Positions 23,164-36,785 of a DNA stretch of 48,324 bases are shown here, in pieces. Each line of letters opens with the position of its first letter. Position 1 is the stretch's first letter. The notes beneath the pieces are model-generated. The model had not been told where the DNA came from and did not search any database. It saw only the letters and a list, made by a program, of their open reading frames with translations. The stretch covers positions 63,363,640 through 63,411,963 of the forward strand of contig NC_068982.1 of assembly GCF_001194135.2 (NCBI RefSeq). The letters run 5' to 3'. The stretch is from Octopus bimaculoides (lineage: Eukaryota). The position numbers and the translations under genes were made by a program.

Positions 23164-24059
23164 ACAGTTACAGACTATGTTCAATGTTCTTGAGATACGT
23201 TTTGATCCACTCTTTTTGAGTTTCCTGGCGATTTACTGTCCCCTATCCGAATGAAACCCTATCTCATAATTGCAGAAATCTCTCAAACTTCCAGCATCTG
23301 TGAAGCTCTATTGAAACAAATTATACGAATTTTACCAAAATATCAGCTTTTAAACCCATTCAGATGGAGGAACGTACAACCCTCCACTAGTCAGTTTGAA
23401 ATCATTTGAAAACTCATGAACTGCAAATTCAAACACACCCTAATAACATTGAACAACAAAACGACTCCATAACCTAGCCCAAACCTGTAGACTACGCCAG
23501 AGAAATTCCAGATATTATAATAACCAATGATAATATTCAACCTATGGTCAAAATATCTAATTTTCACAATCGTGGACAGCTAACCCACCGTCGAAAACCT
23601 GCAATCGGTTGGCGTGTGTAGCGGCTTTTGACGACCACAGTGCTAGTCAGGATGTTCTCCCTCACTACTCCTGTCTAGGATACAAGCAAGTTATCACTAA
23701 TTGTTACATGTCTCAGTACTTCAGTGGTCTTAACCAACGAAAATCTGTTTGGTCGGTCTTGTATCTGTTTGGTCGGTCAATATACCACTTTATTCATCGA
23801 GTGTTACCTGAGCGTGTGCAACCACCCTCAAGTGAACCTCTGACTTGTGTTGAGGTGCATCATCATCTGATTTATATGGCATTCAAATAATAAATACCAT
23901 TACAACATGCATTTATTAATATTCTTTCGTTTGCAAATAAAAATTACACGCACATGCTCACCCACACATATACAGAGAGAAAGGGAGAGAAAGAAATGAA
24001 TGGATAGCTGAATGAATGGATGGATGGATGAATGGGCAGACAGACAAACAGATAGATAG

Positions 24060-24173
<114 letters not shown>

Positions 24174-24518
24174 AGGTCAATAAGGAGAGTGAGATAAATA
24201 TGTAGGCATTGGCAAGAAGCTAATAATTGTTTTATATATTGAATCACAAATGATCAGGAATAATCTATAAATGAGAAGGAAAATAATGACAACGACGTCT
24301 AGAATGTGAAAGTTTGAACATTCATTATACAGTCATGGATAGGATTAGCATCTTTTAACTCAAAAGCACAAGTGTCAGTATTAACTAAAGAGTATAATAA
24401 TGCCTCCACTAATTTACAATTATGAATCACGATCAATGTATTGAATGAGAAAGTCGATCAAAATCTTGTCAAACTTCAAAGTTCTTTGTTTACAATTGAT
24501 TTTCATACTTCCTTGCAG

Positions 24519-24536
24519 CGTCCCACTGAAATATTG
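24519..24536 (+). other. Candidate 18-nt micro-exon (unverified)
   Basis: TTTTCATACTTCCTTGCAG|CGTCCCACTGAAATATTG|GTAATT; RPTEIL in phase 0. Confidence 0.13.
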
Positions 24537-25036
24537 GTAATTAATCTTACTGACATATGCACAAGGCAACAATGTTTTGAAATGTAGGTAAATACTCTAA
24601 GGTATGTTTATCCACTGCTCTATTAATTCTGTCATGTACAACTCTTGAACACAGCAGAACTAACAGAGCCGTGGATTACCATGACTGTAGCAGAAACTAT
24701 AAGTGTTAGTTATGGTATCACATATGTAATTTTATAGTATTATCTCCTCCATCGTTCACATGAAGTAACTTGATAGTCAACGACAAATATGAGACCTATG
24801 CAAAGAATCAATGAAAACTACTATTGTTATTTGCCTAGAGAGATACTTACGGGCCGAAGGCAATTTAAAATGAGAAGTGTTCAGCCAAGTCATTCTAAAC
24901 TGTGTCAAACGTTAGCAACCAAGAAATGTCTGTTATGTATTAATATTATCAATAACAAACTTGTTAATCACTTCCAATAGTCATAATTCCATTTCCACTT
25001 CTGGATGAAAGCCTCAGCATGCTATTGCCGACTTAC

Positions 25037-25184
25037 CTATAGTGGATGTTGGCCGCTCTGCCCACGCTGGTCATTTGCGATTGAGTGCATGAGAGATTGG
25101 GGGAATTATGGAGAAGAAAATAACTGAGTGATAGTGAATATGTGTAGAAAAGAAAGTCAGTGCCTATAATCGCATTCATATCTG
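25037..25184 (-). other. Candidate 148-nt exon (unverified)
   Basis: TTATTTATTTCCTTACAG acceptor (CAGCAG NAGNAG) and TAG|GTAAGT donor; one open frame DMNAIIGTDFLFYTYSLSLSYFLLHNSPNLSCTQSQMTSVGRAANIHY. No recognised homology. Confidence 0.25.
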
Positions 25185-26013
25185 CTGTAAGGAAATAAAT
25201 AATAGCATCAACACCCTGTAGATAAACTGTGGCTATACATTTAAATCTGAAGCACAGGAATAAAAGACTTGGCTTTTAACTAGCTTGGTAGTTGGCTTTA
25301 AGAACTGACATTTAGTGTACTGGAGAGCAATAAAAGGTAAACATAAAAGAAATTCTGGTTTAGATCATTTCATGTTTTATGTGTCTTTGCATGTTATACA
25401 ACAGCAATTAAATAAAGAAAGAAAAAGGAAACCAAACAAGATGGAGATAAAGAAATTAAAAAGACAGGAAGAATAAGAAATAAAAAGAAGTAAGCAAAAT
25501 CGAGAAAGAAATTGGTAAATTTGGGAAAATATATAGGAAAAAACGTATAATGAAAATCACGATGTACATAATAAAAGTAAATAATTGAAAAGAGAAGTGT
25601 TTGGTTCTTTCAAGAAAGAACTTCAATATACGTCGGATTTCAGTGATATGGATAATCATTTCTGTTAAACTGATCAAAGAGTTCAGTGTACGTAGCTAGT
25701 GCGGTAAAAGTACTGGCTGTAGTAGTGATGGGAGCGCTATATTTTTTTTTCATTTCGCTCTTTAATGTTGTTTAATATAAGTCAAATAAATTGTTAAAAG
25801 GCATGTACACACCACACACATAAGATAGCTACCTGCATACCTACCTACTTATCTATTTAACAATCTACCTAATTATAGTATTTCCTTCCAATACATATAT
25901 ACATAAATATGTGCATACATACATACATACATGCATATATATATANNNNNNNNNNNNNNNNNNNNNNNNNNNNNNNNNNNNNNNNNNNNNNNNNNNNNNN
26001 NNNNNNNNNNNNG

Positions 26014-26047
<34 letters not shown>

Positions 26048-26113
26048 AACATATGCATACATATATCCATATACAGGTATATGTGTGTTTGTATATAAGA
26101 GAAAGAGAAGGAG

Positions 26114-26114
<1 letters not shown>

Positions 26115-26212
<98 letters not shown>
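26115..26212. repeat. (GAAA)n microsatellite
   Basis: Directly visible. Confidence 0.98.
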
Positions 26213-27447
26213 GGGAGGGATTATCCTTCGTATTTGTAATTCACAGTCTCTAATGTTAATATTGGTTTCATGTGAAGTAAGAAGTATTTGCTCTTTGAAA
26301 TGATGCCCAATTCTTGTCATTTGGTCAATTTGTTTTACGGCGTATAGAAAATCAGTATACTCTAAAATTTCTTTACATCTTTATACGACATATGCGTTTG
26401 TCGATCTGATTTATTTGGGCGACTATCAGGATAATTCATGGTGAGGATGGTTACGTTGTAACGTTTTATTCTTTCAACACATGATAGTAGCAATTTTTGA
26501 GTCACTGAAGTTATTTTGCTTTGTTTTAATATTTTTCAGGTTCAATTCTATCGATTATATCACTACGTCCTTGCATGATTATAAGTGTAAGCAAAGAATT
26601 GCTACTTTATCTGTGTTGTTTTATTTCATCAAAAGACAAAATACCGAATACAGTATCTGTTACAAAACTTCTTATATGTACTTAATATAATGTCATGATA
26701 ACAATAAGATCACCAGAGCCGGTAATTTCACGTCTTTATCAGACAGTGACTAATTCCTGAAGAATATCTTTTGCATTTATTCGTATTTTGTGTATTTTTC
26801 TTATCTTTCTATCAGTTTCTAGTCTTCCGTCTATCTTCCGCTCCCAAGCTATCTCCCTCTCTCCTTTTCTTTTCCAGATTGACTCTCTTTTTATTTCTCA
26901 CAACACTCCTTACATTCGTTATACAAAATGTAAAAGCTCATTAGCCAAAGTGAACTAGACTGGAACTACATTTATATTGATTTCATATTGCTCTTCCTTA
27001 CGGTTCCTTCTGGCTATATTTGACCAAATGAAGTTTAGTTATTTTCCTCCTTTAAATTCATTTGTAATCTCTATCTATCTACCTTTGTTCTTTCCACAGT
27101 CTTTATCACCACTGTTAAGCACTTATTATTTTCCTTCTATAGGACACTGTAAATATTGTTTTGTCATTAAACATTCCTTCTATTATATGCATATATAAGG
27201 GTCTCAGTAGCCAAAACAGTAACCTGTGAATTCAAAACAATATATGTTTTCATATATATTTGAATTGCAAATTTGACTCCACCAACAGCATACAATATGA
27301 ATTTCACACTTGATACATGTCAACTCGCGAAATATAAAATAATTTCCGTTGACATACCATTTACGGATGAGTAATTTCTGATTAAAATCTTGAGAATTTT
27401 ATGAGTTTCGATGCGTTAAATGTTTTTCTGGTGTGACTGTTTCCTAG

Positions 27448-27486
27448 GTGGCCTTCAATGGTCAAGTACATGAATCATGTTATGAG
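27448..27486 (+). other. Candidate 39-nt exon (unverified)
   Basis: TGTTTCCTAG|GTGGCC...TATGAG|GTGAGT; VAFNGQVHESCYE (phase 0) or WPSMVKYMNHVM (phase 2). Confidence 0.22.
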
Positions 27487-28890
27487 GTGAGTGTTAATAC
27501 AACGTATTTTGCGATAAATATTTACTGAGAAAAGAGATGGAAATAAACTTATTGCCTATATATGGTAAACAAGTGACACATCCATAAATATAAACTTAGT
27601 TTTAATTTTAGACTGAGAAAAGAGAAGGGAGTTCAGACGTTTTAGGGTTTCTTCATTCTGAACCCTGAAGTGAAACTAAGAGACCAGATGATGTTATTGA
27701 ATTTATTGTAAATGAGTAACTGAAGAGGGGCCTGAGGAATTCGGACATAATTTAGGATGATTTAAATATAGTTTAGTCTAATATTTGGAACACAAGTTTT
27801 CGCAATTTCTAGTAATTGATTTGTATTCTGGATAGACACATAACGGGTTAGTTGCAATTCAAGTTTCTAGCAATTTCAATTTTATTTACATTGTGTATGA
27901 ATAGAAATGTTATAAACTTCATATTACTTATCCATTCAGCTTCAAAAATATAGTGATTTTAGGGAAAATAAAAATATATAAGTGATCCATAACTGTTTCA
28001 GTACAAACTTTTGGAGAGGATTAAATATTAACTAGTCAAAGATTAGATTATGATCTTTTAATCTTGTGAGTATCAATATTTCAACGACAATTCCACAAAG
28101 ATTTCTGTTGGCAATTTTCATTTGCATCAATGTCATCTCACTTTAAAATCATGTAGAATGTCAATTAATTGGCCTGTATTCTGTGGGCGTTTTGGAATTT
28201 GAGTGTTGGCTATCAGATGACGATAGAGATCTATCAAACCTGTGTTATTATATTGCATGAAAGGTTTCTACAAATAAATAAATTAGGCTTCTAAATTGCA
28301 GTTATGTCATTAAATTAGAAAAAAATAACAAAGCATACAAGCGAACAGGAAACAACATGACAAAATCGCTGAAGCACTGATATTCTTAAAACTGAATTTG
28401 CTTGGCCATATTATTTTTCTATAGCTGCTTTTCAATTTCTGCTTTTCAGATTCACTAATGAGGTGCGGCGTGGTGAAAGGTTTAATGAGTAGAGACAAGA
28501 TTCAATGAACTGCAGGACATTAATTTCCTACACATGCTTTCAGCAAGAGATGTCTTTGAATTGTTGAGAACTTATTATCTTCACACTAAACAATAAAGAT
28601 TATACTAATCATCACTGCCCACTAAACAACCTGAAATGTAATGTTAACGACTGAAATACTAAGATTTCAAGAAATAGACATATATATTGTTCAATACAAT
28701 GAGCAAATAGTTTCTTCAGTTGTACGAGCAATTGAAAAATGAGGAGAGATAAAGAGAGTAGTGGCTTAAATATATATATATATATATATANNNNNNNNNN
28801 NNNNNNNNNNNNNNNNNNNNNNNNNNNNNNNNNNNNNNNNNNNNNNNNNNNNNNNNNNNNNNNNNNNNNNNNNNNNNNNNNNNNNNNNNN

Positions 28891-28951
<61 letters not shown>

Positions 28952-29611
28952 ATGTGCGTGCGCATGTATGTGGTTATGTACCAATGTGCATGCTTGTGCG
29001 TGGCGTGCCCGCATGAGCGTGTGTGTGTGTCTGTGTGTATTTGTATCATTACACCTGCGCACATCAGAAACAAACAGACAAGCAAACATAAATGCACACA
29101 ATATACAGAAGAAAACGATACACCGTATGTTAAAATATAATAATGCAGAGACGATAACTTAATAAAATTATAAAAGAAGAAGAAATTAATCGACTGGTCG
29201 ATACGATCTTACCTTCTGATAACCTTATTATTAAGATACAGGTGGCTATTTGTCCAAGAAAGTTTTAAAATGTGTATCACGTATACAATTGTATCTTTTC
29301 TTTGAATTTTTACTTCATGCTGATATATACTGCGCGCCTAACCAGGTCATACTTACGCAAAGTACATGGTCCGATGAAAGTATTAGAAGCTAATGCATAA
29401 TATATGCAAAGTAGGCTTCTGTTAAGTAGGTTGATTTACATAAAAGTGAATGCAGAGACAATATAGACACAATAATTAATGCACCCTTATAACGATTTGA
29501 TATATAGTTCACCGTCCTCGTGAGATAGGAAATGCAAAACGCTCGTTAACGTCAGGTAGATAATTCAGGATATTTCTCACTCCGTGCCGATATCTGTGTG
29601 TACATGTGTGT

Positions 29612-29653
<42 letters not shown>

Positions 29654-30063
29654 GTGTGTGTGTCTGCCTGTCCATCTGTCCGTCTGTCTGTCTGTTTGTG
29701 CGTGTGTGTGTGTGTGTGTATGTGTGTGTGTGTTCTGTTGTGTGTATGCATACATGTTTCACCGAAGTATTTATACTGTTTGCACTGTGTGTTTGTTTCA
29801 TATAAAAGAGTAGCTTAATTTTAATATATGCATGTAAATTGTATGAGAGTAGGCATATGTGCGTACATTTGCGCTTATGACAGAAAGTTTACATATTAAT
29901 TAACTCTGTATCAGCGTTTCTGTGCGTTCCAGCAGTTCTGTGATTTCACACACTCACATACACATACCTATTAAAACACATGCACTTACCCCGTTTACAT
30001 ATACATAATCACTCAAGAGCATAAACACACGAACACTTATAGGCATACACGTAATCACACACA

Positions 30064-30103
<40 letters not shown>

Positions 30104-30189
30104 ACCACGCAAATATTGTGGGTGCTTGAAGGTAGGTGCCTATCTATACCGCGCGCGTGCATGTGTCTGTGTTCATGTGTATGTATTAC

Positions 30190-30460
30190 TTCCCAAACAC
30201 ATCATTTCGAGTTTAGTTTCACTGCATGGCGTCTTTGGTTTGTGTTTTCTACTAAAGTTCCTGATCTTGTGCGTGGATTTGATCGACGGAAACCGAAAAA
30301 GTTCGTTACACCAACCACACACATATACACACTCACACAAACATATATACATATACACGGGCGAGCACACGTGCTTTCTTGTTTTGACATCGCATGATAG
30401 TTTTGATCGATGGTTGATCGAGGTTAGCGACAGGAAAGTCATTCAGCCGTAAAAACTTTG
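30190..30460 (+). mobile_element. Old SINE family A variant with a different 3' half
   Basis: TTCCCAAACACAT...CACTGCATGGC...GTGGATTTGATCGACGGAAACCGAAA matches the family-A 5' half; the downstream sequence does not match 4570-4742. Confidence 0.65.
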
Positions 30461-30589
30461 CCTCAGTGAATACCGCCTGCCTTATGCAAGCATTGAAAAG
30501 TGTGCGTCAAACGATGATGATGGTAAATGTATACGTATACATAAGCTTAGATAAACTTAGATTTTGGAGTTCTGTTCCTCCACATAGTC

Positions 30590-30915
30590 CTTTTGTGACT
30601 TCTCCAGGGCTAGTAGTCATCAGTGAAGTAGAAGGTCCAGCACAGTAGCTTGTGGGGGACGTAAGTAATGACTTATCTAGTCGTGAGTAAATTTGGTCGA
30701 TCATGCGGCGTTCTGCTCGTCATGAAACTTTGATCCATTGCAGTAAGTTTCCACAGACTTCAGGAGCTCGATAATTTCTTTTGCAAAATGCTATGGCTGA
30801 CTATGACGAAAGCTTTGCTAAAGTGAAGAGCGTTTTGGACTGTGATATTATGAATAGTGCTCAATAGTTGGTCAAGAGCACTTTTGATGATTTGTTGGCT
30901 CAAGCAGGAAAAATG
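30590..30915 (-). mobile_element. CR1/L2-group LINE reverse transcriptase remnant
   Basis: SCLSQ...LHFSKAFVIVSHSILQKKL, VCGNLLQWIK and VP(Q)ATVLDLLL resemble SCLTQL, YLDFAKAFDKVDH, GKLLEWI and VPQGTVLGPLLF. Confidence 0.72.
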
Positions 30916-31254
30916 CCATTAATAATATTAAAGTGTCCTTATTATTACTTCAACTGAGTTGACTGCATTCGTGATTATGTATGCGCACCCGTGTGTGTGC
31001 GTGTGAATAGGTATGTGGGAAACTAAATGAGTGCTAAAAGATTTGTACAAGTGAAATTTCAGACTAAGCTATTGAAACGCAGATAAACAACATACATGCT
31101 TCCACTCTCGCACACAAGTGCACATGTATGCAAGCACATACATATGCGCACACAAATGTATTCACTCATACATGTAGACACATATATTCATACGTATAGA
31201 TAGTGAGAATGCAAAGCACAGCGAAACTAAAATTCTAACAAAACATACACGCTT

Positions 31255-31296
<42 letters not shown>

Positions 31297-31527
31297 ACGC
31301 GCATACACGCACACAGAGTCAAAAGTGTGCAAAATTTATATAATTTTGTGATTTGCCTCTGAGCCAAACCGCAATAAATCAATTTTGCGACGGTGTCTCA
31401 CCTGATGCAGACGAGAGTACTTCATTGATGAGGTCACAAGTGGCTTAGAAAGGAATCTGACGAAACAACTGATTGATTGATCAAAAGATTAGCCAAAGCA
31501 ATCGACTAGTTAATTAATTGATTGACT

Positions 31528-31750
<223 letters not shown>

Positions 31751-31949
31751 TCTATTGTTATTAGCCACGCTCGACCTGGCTCTATAAATTTTGTATGTGA
31801 AACCACAGATAGCTACTGAGTCCGGTTTTGGAATTTGTACTGACGTAGAAAGTAGTTTGTTTTCTACTGATAGGTAAATTTCTTTTCGTGTGTTGTCCCC
31901 TAGTCCTATGCAACATCACGATTTAATATTGTGTTGTGAAATATTTCTA

Positions 31950-34005
31950 TTTTTGCATCCATGGAGAGAATTTCAATTCACGCAGTGACGATCGTAAGTG
32001 CGAAGGAGGGAAAAAGGTAGGATTGTCGTTAGAATGTATTGAAAGGTAGTGTGGCCCCCTTGATAAAACTGACGATATTGAGACTTTGAAATACACCCGA
32101 AAGAAAATTGGTCGCTGGTTCGGGTGGAAGTGGAAATGCTGGTGACTGCAGAAAATTTCCACTGGATCACTGACATAATTTACACGGAAGGCGTGAAGCC
32201 CAATAGCTGAGGTTAAGTGTTGCACCTGCGGAAGTAGAAACCCTGAAATCTCGCTTGTTGACAACTCCTCAATCATATCTACAACAACCCAAAGAGCAGA
32301 TGAGGACGCCTACACCGAAACCTCGGCAGCGAAAAACTTTCCCGTCTGCACTCACTGAAGTGCTAACTCTTCCCAAACTACTTGCTCCGCAGACCATTAG
32401 TGAGACAAGAATTTCCAGAAAACATGATTTAGCATCTATTTTCGAAAATTACGAGACATTCTAACCTTGTGGTCAGTCAGGAGCGGGCAGCGGTTTAGCA
32501 GTCATATTCCGGAAATCATGAGATCTCAAGGTACAGGCAATCTTCTTGGACCCGGAAAGTAAGGTGATCCTGTATGTGAATGTCAGCGAATGATGACCGT
32601 TTATGCTCTGACAATGGCTGGGAGGCCAGATTTCTGCAGGTGTCTACAAACATTCTTAGGAACGTCTCGCACTTTAGTACTAGTGGGAAACTGGAAAAGT
32701 ATCTTGGATTCACAGAAAGAAAGTGTGGGGCTAGTACATACCAGATGGGGGCGGGCGTAAAGGCCACGACAAACCTGCCCAGAAACTTCCAGCTGTCTGA
32801 TCGATACCGAGTGGGTTTCCATACGTATCTAGATACAGTATTTGTTAGGTCAGCGGACAAAGATAGCATAGGTTGTCCACAATTCAAATTGGTCGGCTAC
32901 ACAGGCTGCAAATATTTGTGGCCCGTACAGTCGATTTAGAAAGGATCAGTAGACCAGGATGCGATTGCAGGAAGTTGAACGCGTTCTTACCGGCACACAA
33001 AGATTACAGGGGCCGGATTAGTGAACTAGGTAATTGGCAGTTCAGGGTGGCAATCGCAAACAACCGGTGGTGGATTGCCCTGGAGAGGACGATTAAAGAA
33101 GCATCGATTGCGTTGAGCAAAGAGCTACCTATAGAAAGTAAAATATTAGAAAGAAAAATACAACTAAAAGAGTTGGTTAGTAATGGCGCCTCGGCTGATG
33201 TACTAGCCGTGTGAATGACCCTTGACAATGTGTCTGAGGCGAAACACGGAGGTTAAGTTGTCAGAGATATGCCCCGTGCGCTCAAACGTGAAGGAACTAA
33301 AGCCGTCCGATGGGCCCGAAATATGAAGACGCGGCGTGACAACAAAACCACGATCAGGCCTTTCACAGAGTGGGACGGGCTCAGGCTATTCGGGTCTGAG
33401 CAGATTTGTGTGCGGCATTCTAGCAGCGCTTCGTGCGGCTGTTTGACGAAGACGATAGGTCGATTTAGGTAGCGGACATTCATTTATACCTGGACGACTT
33501 GCCGAGGCTCTCAGTAGCGGACGCGAGGTTCTGTGGAAAGTCAATAAGGGCCACTGAAATACGAAAGGCGATGGAGTAATTGCACCAAGTCACAAACCGT
33601 CTTCCTATGAGTTCATGCCAGATTCATTTGGCGGACTCTTGACAGGCGTCTACCGTAACTGTCTACAGAACGGGAGAATTCCTAATCTCTTAGCTGGTGT
33701 GGTAACTATCCTAAAGAAGGACGCCAACAATGGGAAAATGTTAGGCACTTTTTGACTGAGAACTCTGCTAAACACTGAGTTTACGAATTTGACCATGGTG
33801 TTAGTGCAAAGGTTGTCATCGCTAATCTTGTCGGGGAAGCGCAAACGGGTTCGTTCCCGAACAGGACTATACACAACAATCACCACCTTATGCAATACAT
33901 CATAGACAGGACTGGGACTAAAGCTGACTTCTGAGGGGCTCTGGCCAATTTGGATCAATCCAAAGCATCCGCCAGAGTCGACCATCGCTATTTTGAAGAA
34001 ATGCA
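31950..34005 (+). mobile_element. L1-clade (Tx1-like) LINE pseudogene: ORF1 end, APE endonuclease, linker, start of RT
   Basis: CTCGSRN knuckle remnant; SETRISR, GLAVIFRKS, FLDPE, YLDTVFVRS, GYTGCK (endonuclease); RKLNAFL, NNRWW; NGRIP..AGVVTILKKD and LANLDQSKA.RVDHRY (RT). Multiple stops and frameshifts; ends just after RT motif A. Confidence 0.85.
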
Positions 34006-34249
34006 AGAAGTGTAGAAGATTGTTTTAACTCGTATGTCACTTATTGAGAAGAGCATTGTCGCTGTGAGAATTATTATCTTCATTATAGGTAAACGTTTTC
34101 TGCATATCTGTATTTGGTTTTCTAAATGAACAATTTGGTCTTCTTATTTAAATGGCCTACCAGAGCATACAGTGAGTTTCTCAAGGTGTCGAGAAGAGAG
34201 ATAGCATGAAATGGAAACAAAATTGAAAGAAAAAAAAACTCATGATAAC

Positions 34250-34469
34250 GACATTCTTTTCTACAATAGAGACAAGGCCTGAAAATTTAAAGGAGGTGAC
34301 AAGTCAATTACATTGTATCCAGAGAATAATTGGTATTTATTTCAACAACTTCAAAAGGATAAACGGCAAAGTTAACCTCGGTGAAATTTGAACTCAGAAC
34401 ATAAAGACAGACGAAATGTCACTAAACATTTTATCTTGTGCGCTAACGAGTCTGCCAGCTCACTGCTTT
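34250..34469 (-). mobile_element. SINE family C (second unit of tandem dimer)
   Basis: AAGGCCTGAAAATT...GGCAAAGTTAACCTCGGTGAAATTTGAACTCAGAAC...TCTGCCAGCTCAC. Confidence 0.88.
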
Positions 34470-34473
34470 AACG

Positions 34474-34687
34474 ATAATCCTTTCTACTATAGGTACAACA
34501 TCTGATAGTTCGGGAACCGTGGTAAGTCTCTTACATCGACTCCAGTATTCAAATGGTACTTAACTTATCGACCCCCAAAAGGATGAAAGGCGAAGTGGAC
34601 CTCGATAGAATCTGAACTCAGAACGCAGAGACGGATGAAAGGCCACTAAACATTTTGTCTGACGTGCTAATGGTTCTGCCAGCTCGC
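34474..34687 (-). mobile_element. SINE family C (first unit of tandem dimer)
   Basis: ATAATCCTTTCTACTATAGG...GGTACTTAACTTATCGACCCC...TCTGCCAGCTCGC. Confidence 0.9.
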
Positions 34688-35659
34688 AAAATTATGATAA
34701 CAATTTCTTCATTAATTTTCATTCTATTTTGGCTCAAACGTTACATATAGGATTTACATAGTGAATGTGATGGACAAAATTATATAAAAAAAAAAGAAGA
34801 AGAGGGAACATATTTATGAATTTATAGAAATAAAAGATTTAAAAAAAGAAATTATTGTATTAAGAAACAATAATTAAAAACGGACTGAAAGCTTTGGAGC
34901 TGGAGCATGGAGAAATGAAGGGGAAGAACAAAAGGCGAGAAAATAAAATAAGCAGAACAGGAGGAGGGCGTAAGAGATAATATAATGATACAAAGGGAAG
35001 GGATAAAACAGAAAGCTATTTAAGTGAATAGCAGGAAAAAACACTGGAACCCTTCCCATATATTGAATAATAAACGATTAATTCGATTTTGATGAAAAAA
35101 TATATATATTCTTTGTTCAACAAGTGGGAGAAAATAAAAATAAAATAAATTTAAAATAATGGGTTGTTTTAATAGATAAAAAGAAGGAGATTCATTATTA
35201 AATTCTGTTATTATTATTGTAATAATAAACAATATTATTGTTTAATGTTATAACAATTTATGTGTTTCAGTCAACCAGATTAGAAATAGGGCTGACTTAA
35301 ACAAATAAGTGATGTAATGACAAACATAATATCGTAAAATAACAGTAATAATTGCATGATTCAATGATCACGAGTAAATTCTAATATATATTATATTATT
35401 GTATACTAACCATCAATACTTTCCGCCATCTACCTCCTATGAACCTCGAGCTTTCTTAGTTCCACACCATGTGCTCTTCTATATATTTCTCTTATATCAC
35501 AGAATATCGTCGTATTTTGATACAACTGTTTTTCATTTACTATCAATATGGATTTATCTTCTGCTTATATTTTTTCTTCCTTCTTTCACTTTTAGCACAT
35601 TTTTTATATCAATTTCGTCTTGGAGAAATGGCTATAGTTTGACCTTCGCAAGCATTCCG

Positions 35660-36300
35660 AGACTGATATTTATTCCGTTAATGTTATGCTTAGTCTACTG
35701 CAATTCATCAATTGCAAGAAGAGTAAGTGAAAGAAAAGAATTTGAGACAGCCTACGCGCTAAAGAAAACAAACTGAATGAGTGGTTAGTACGGCGTCTGT
35801 AATGTACACATTAGAATTGGTGAGAGAAGGGAGGCTTAGATGGTGACGCAAATGTAGAGGTATTCTCAGTGGGAGTACTACTCACAGAACAATTTTGTTT
35901 GAAGAGTGGAGAAAATGAAGAACCTGAGAAGTTGACTAAAATTTTCGCAAACGATGCATTCTGAGCAGTTCGCATGATTATATTGCGGAGTTGTGAAACA
36001 GTTTTAAAGTCATCCATTTGTAACGGTAGATGGTTTTTCCAACCCTCCTACCATGACTTTTGTTTGGACATGTGATTACAGATATAAGTGAATCGCTTGG
36101 GAAACATAGATTAATGAGATTTTGCTGTCTGAGGAATAGTGGAGTAGTATTAGCTACTCATTTATGTGTTTAATTCTGAGGGCTCAGTAAAACCAGGCAT
36201 TTCTGGCGATGATCTGGTAAAGATTACTTTCGGATGGATATATGGTGTGCCTGTGTATTATTTTACTAAGTTTCTCCATTACTAGCCCTTCTCCTCCTGC
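35660..36300 (-). mobile_element. CR1/Jockey-like LINE ORF2 remnant (endonuclease-RT linker)
   Basis: ORF 35811-36017 NFSGSSFSPLFKQNCSVSSTPTENTSTFAS resembles the NF..SSFPPL.......S...KA.LFA linker of invertebrate CR1-like elements. Confidence 0.5.
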
Positions 36301-36689
36301 TTTGTTTATGTTCTCTAAAATGCATTATTTATCGTCTCTTTTTATTGAATGACCTTTTCTATCTGTTAAGGTAAACATCTTTCTATAATACAACAACTTA
36401 TGTTACAAATGCAACTTTGAAATCTTCCACTCCAAAAATCGAAAATTAACGAAACATACAGTTAAATTCTACATTTAGATTTATTTTTACAAATGGCTGA
36501 AGGAAGTCAAGTTACATTTGAAAAAAAAACTAAAACCAGGAAATAGATTTCGAATTTAATTTCCGCTGAAACATATTTTCTAATTGATGGTTTCAGTTTA
36601 TTTGCTTTAAACGACTCATTATCTGAAATATTAAATTCTACTTTTAGAATACGAAAAGGAATTTTGGAGGAAGAAGATTACTCTATATA

Positions 36690-36785
36690 ATCGACCACGT
36701 TACTGAACTGGTACGTATTTAATCGATCCTAGATAATGGAAAGGCAAAGTAAATAATCGATAGTGTGTGAATTCAGAAAAAAGGC
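36690..36785 (-). mobile_element. Decayed SINE family C fragment
   Basis: ACTGAACTGGTACGTATTTTAATCGATCC...GGAAAGGCAAAG...TGTGAATTCAGAA. Confidence 0.6.

Noticed and set aside
22560-23900. Sequence around the third SINE-B as a LINE endonuclease remnant
   Set aside because: Composition is suggestive but I found no motif I could defend on either strand.
26540-26586. 47-nt exon-like segment (TTTTTCAG|G...AGT|GTAAGC)
   Set aside because: Plausible sites but no recognisable peptide and no consistent phase chain with neighbouring candidates.
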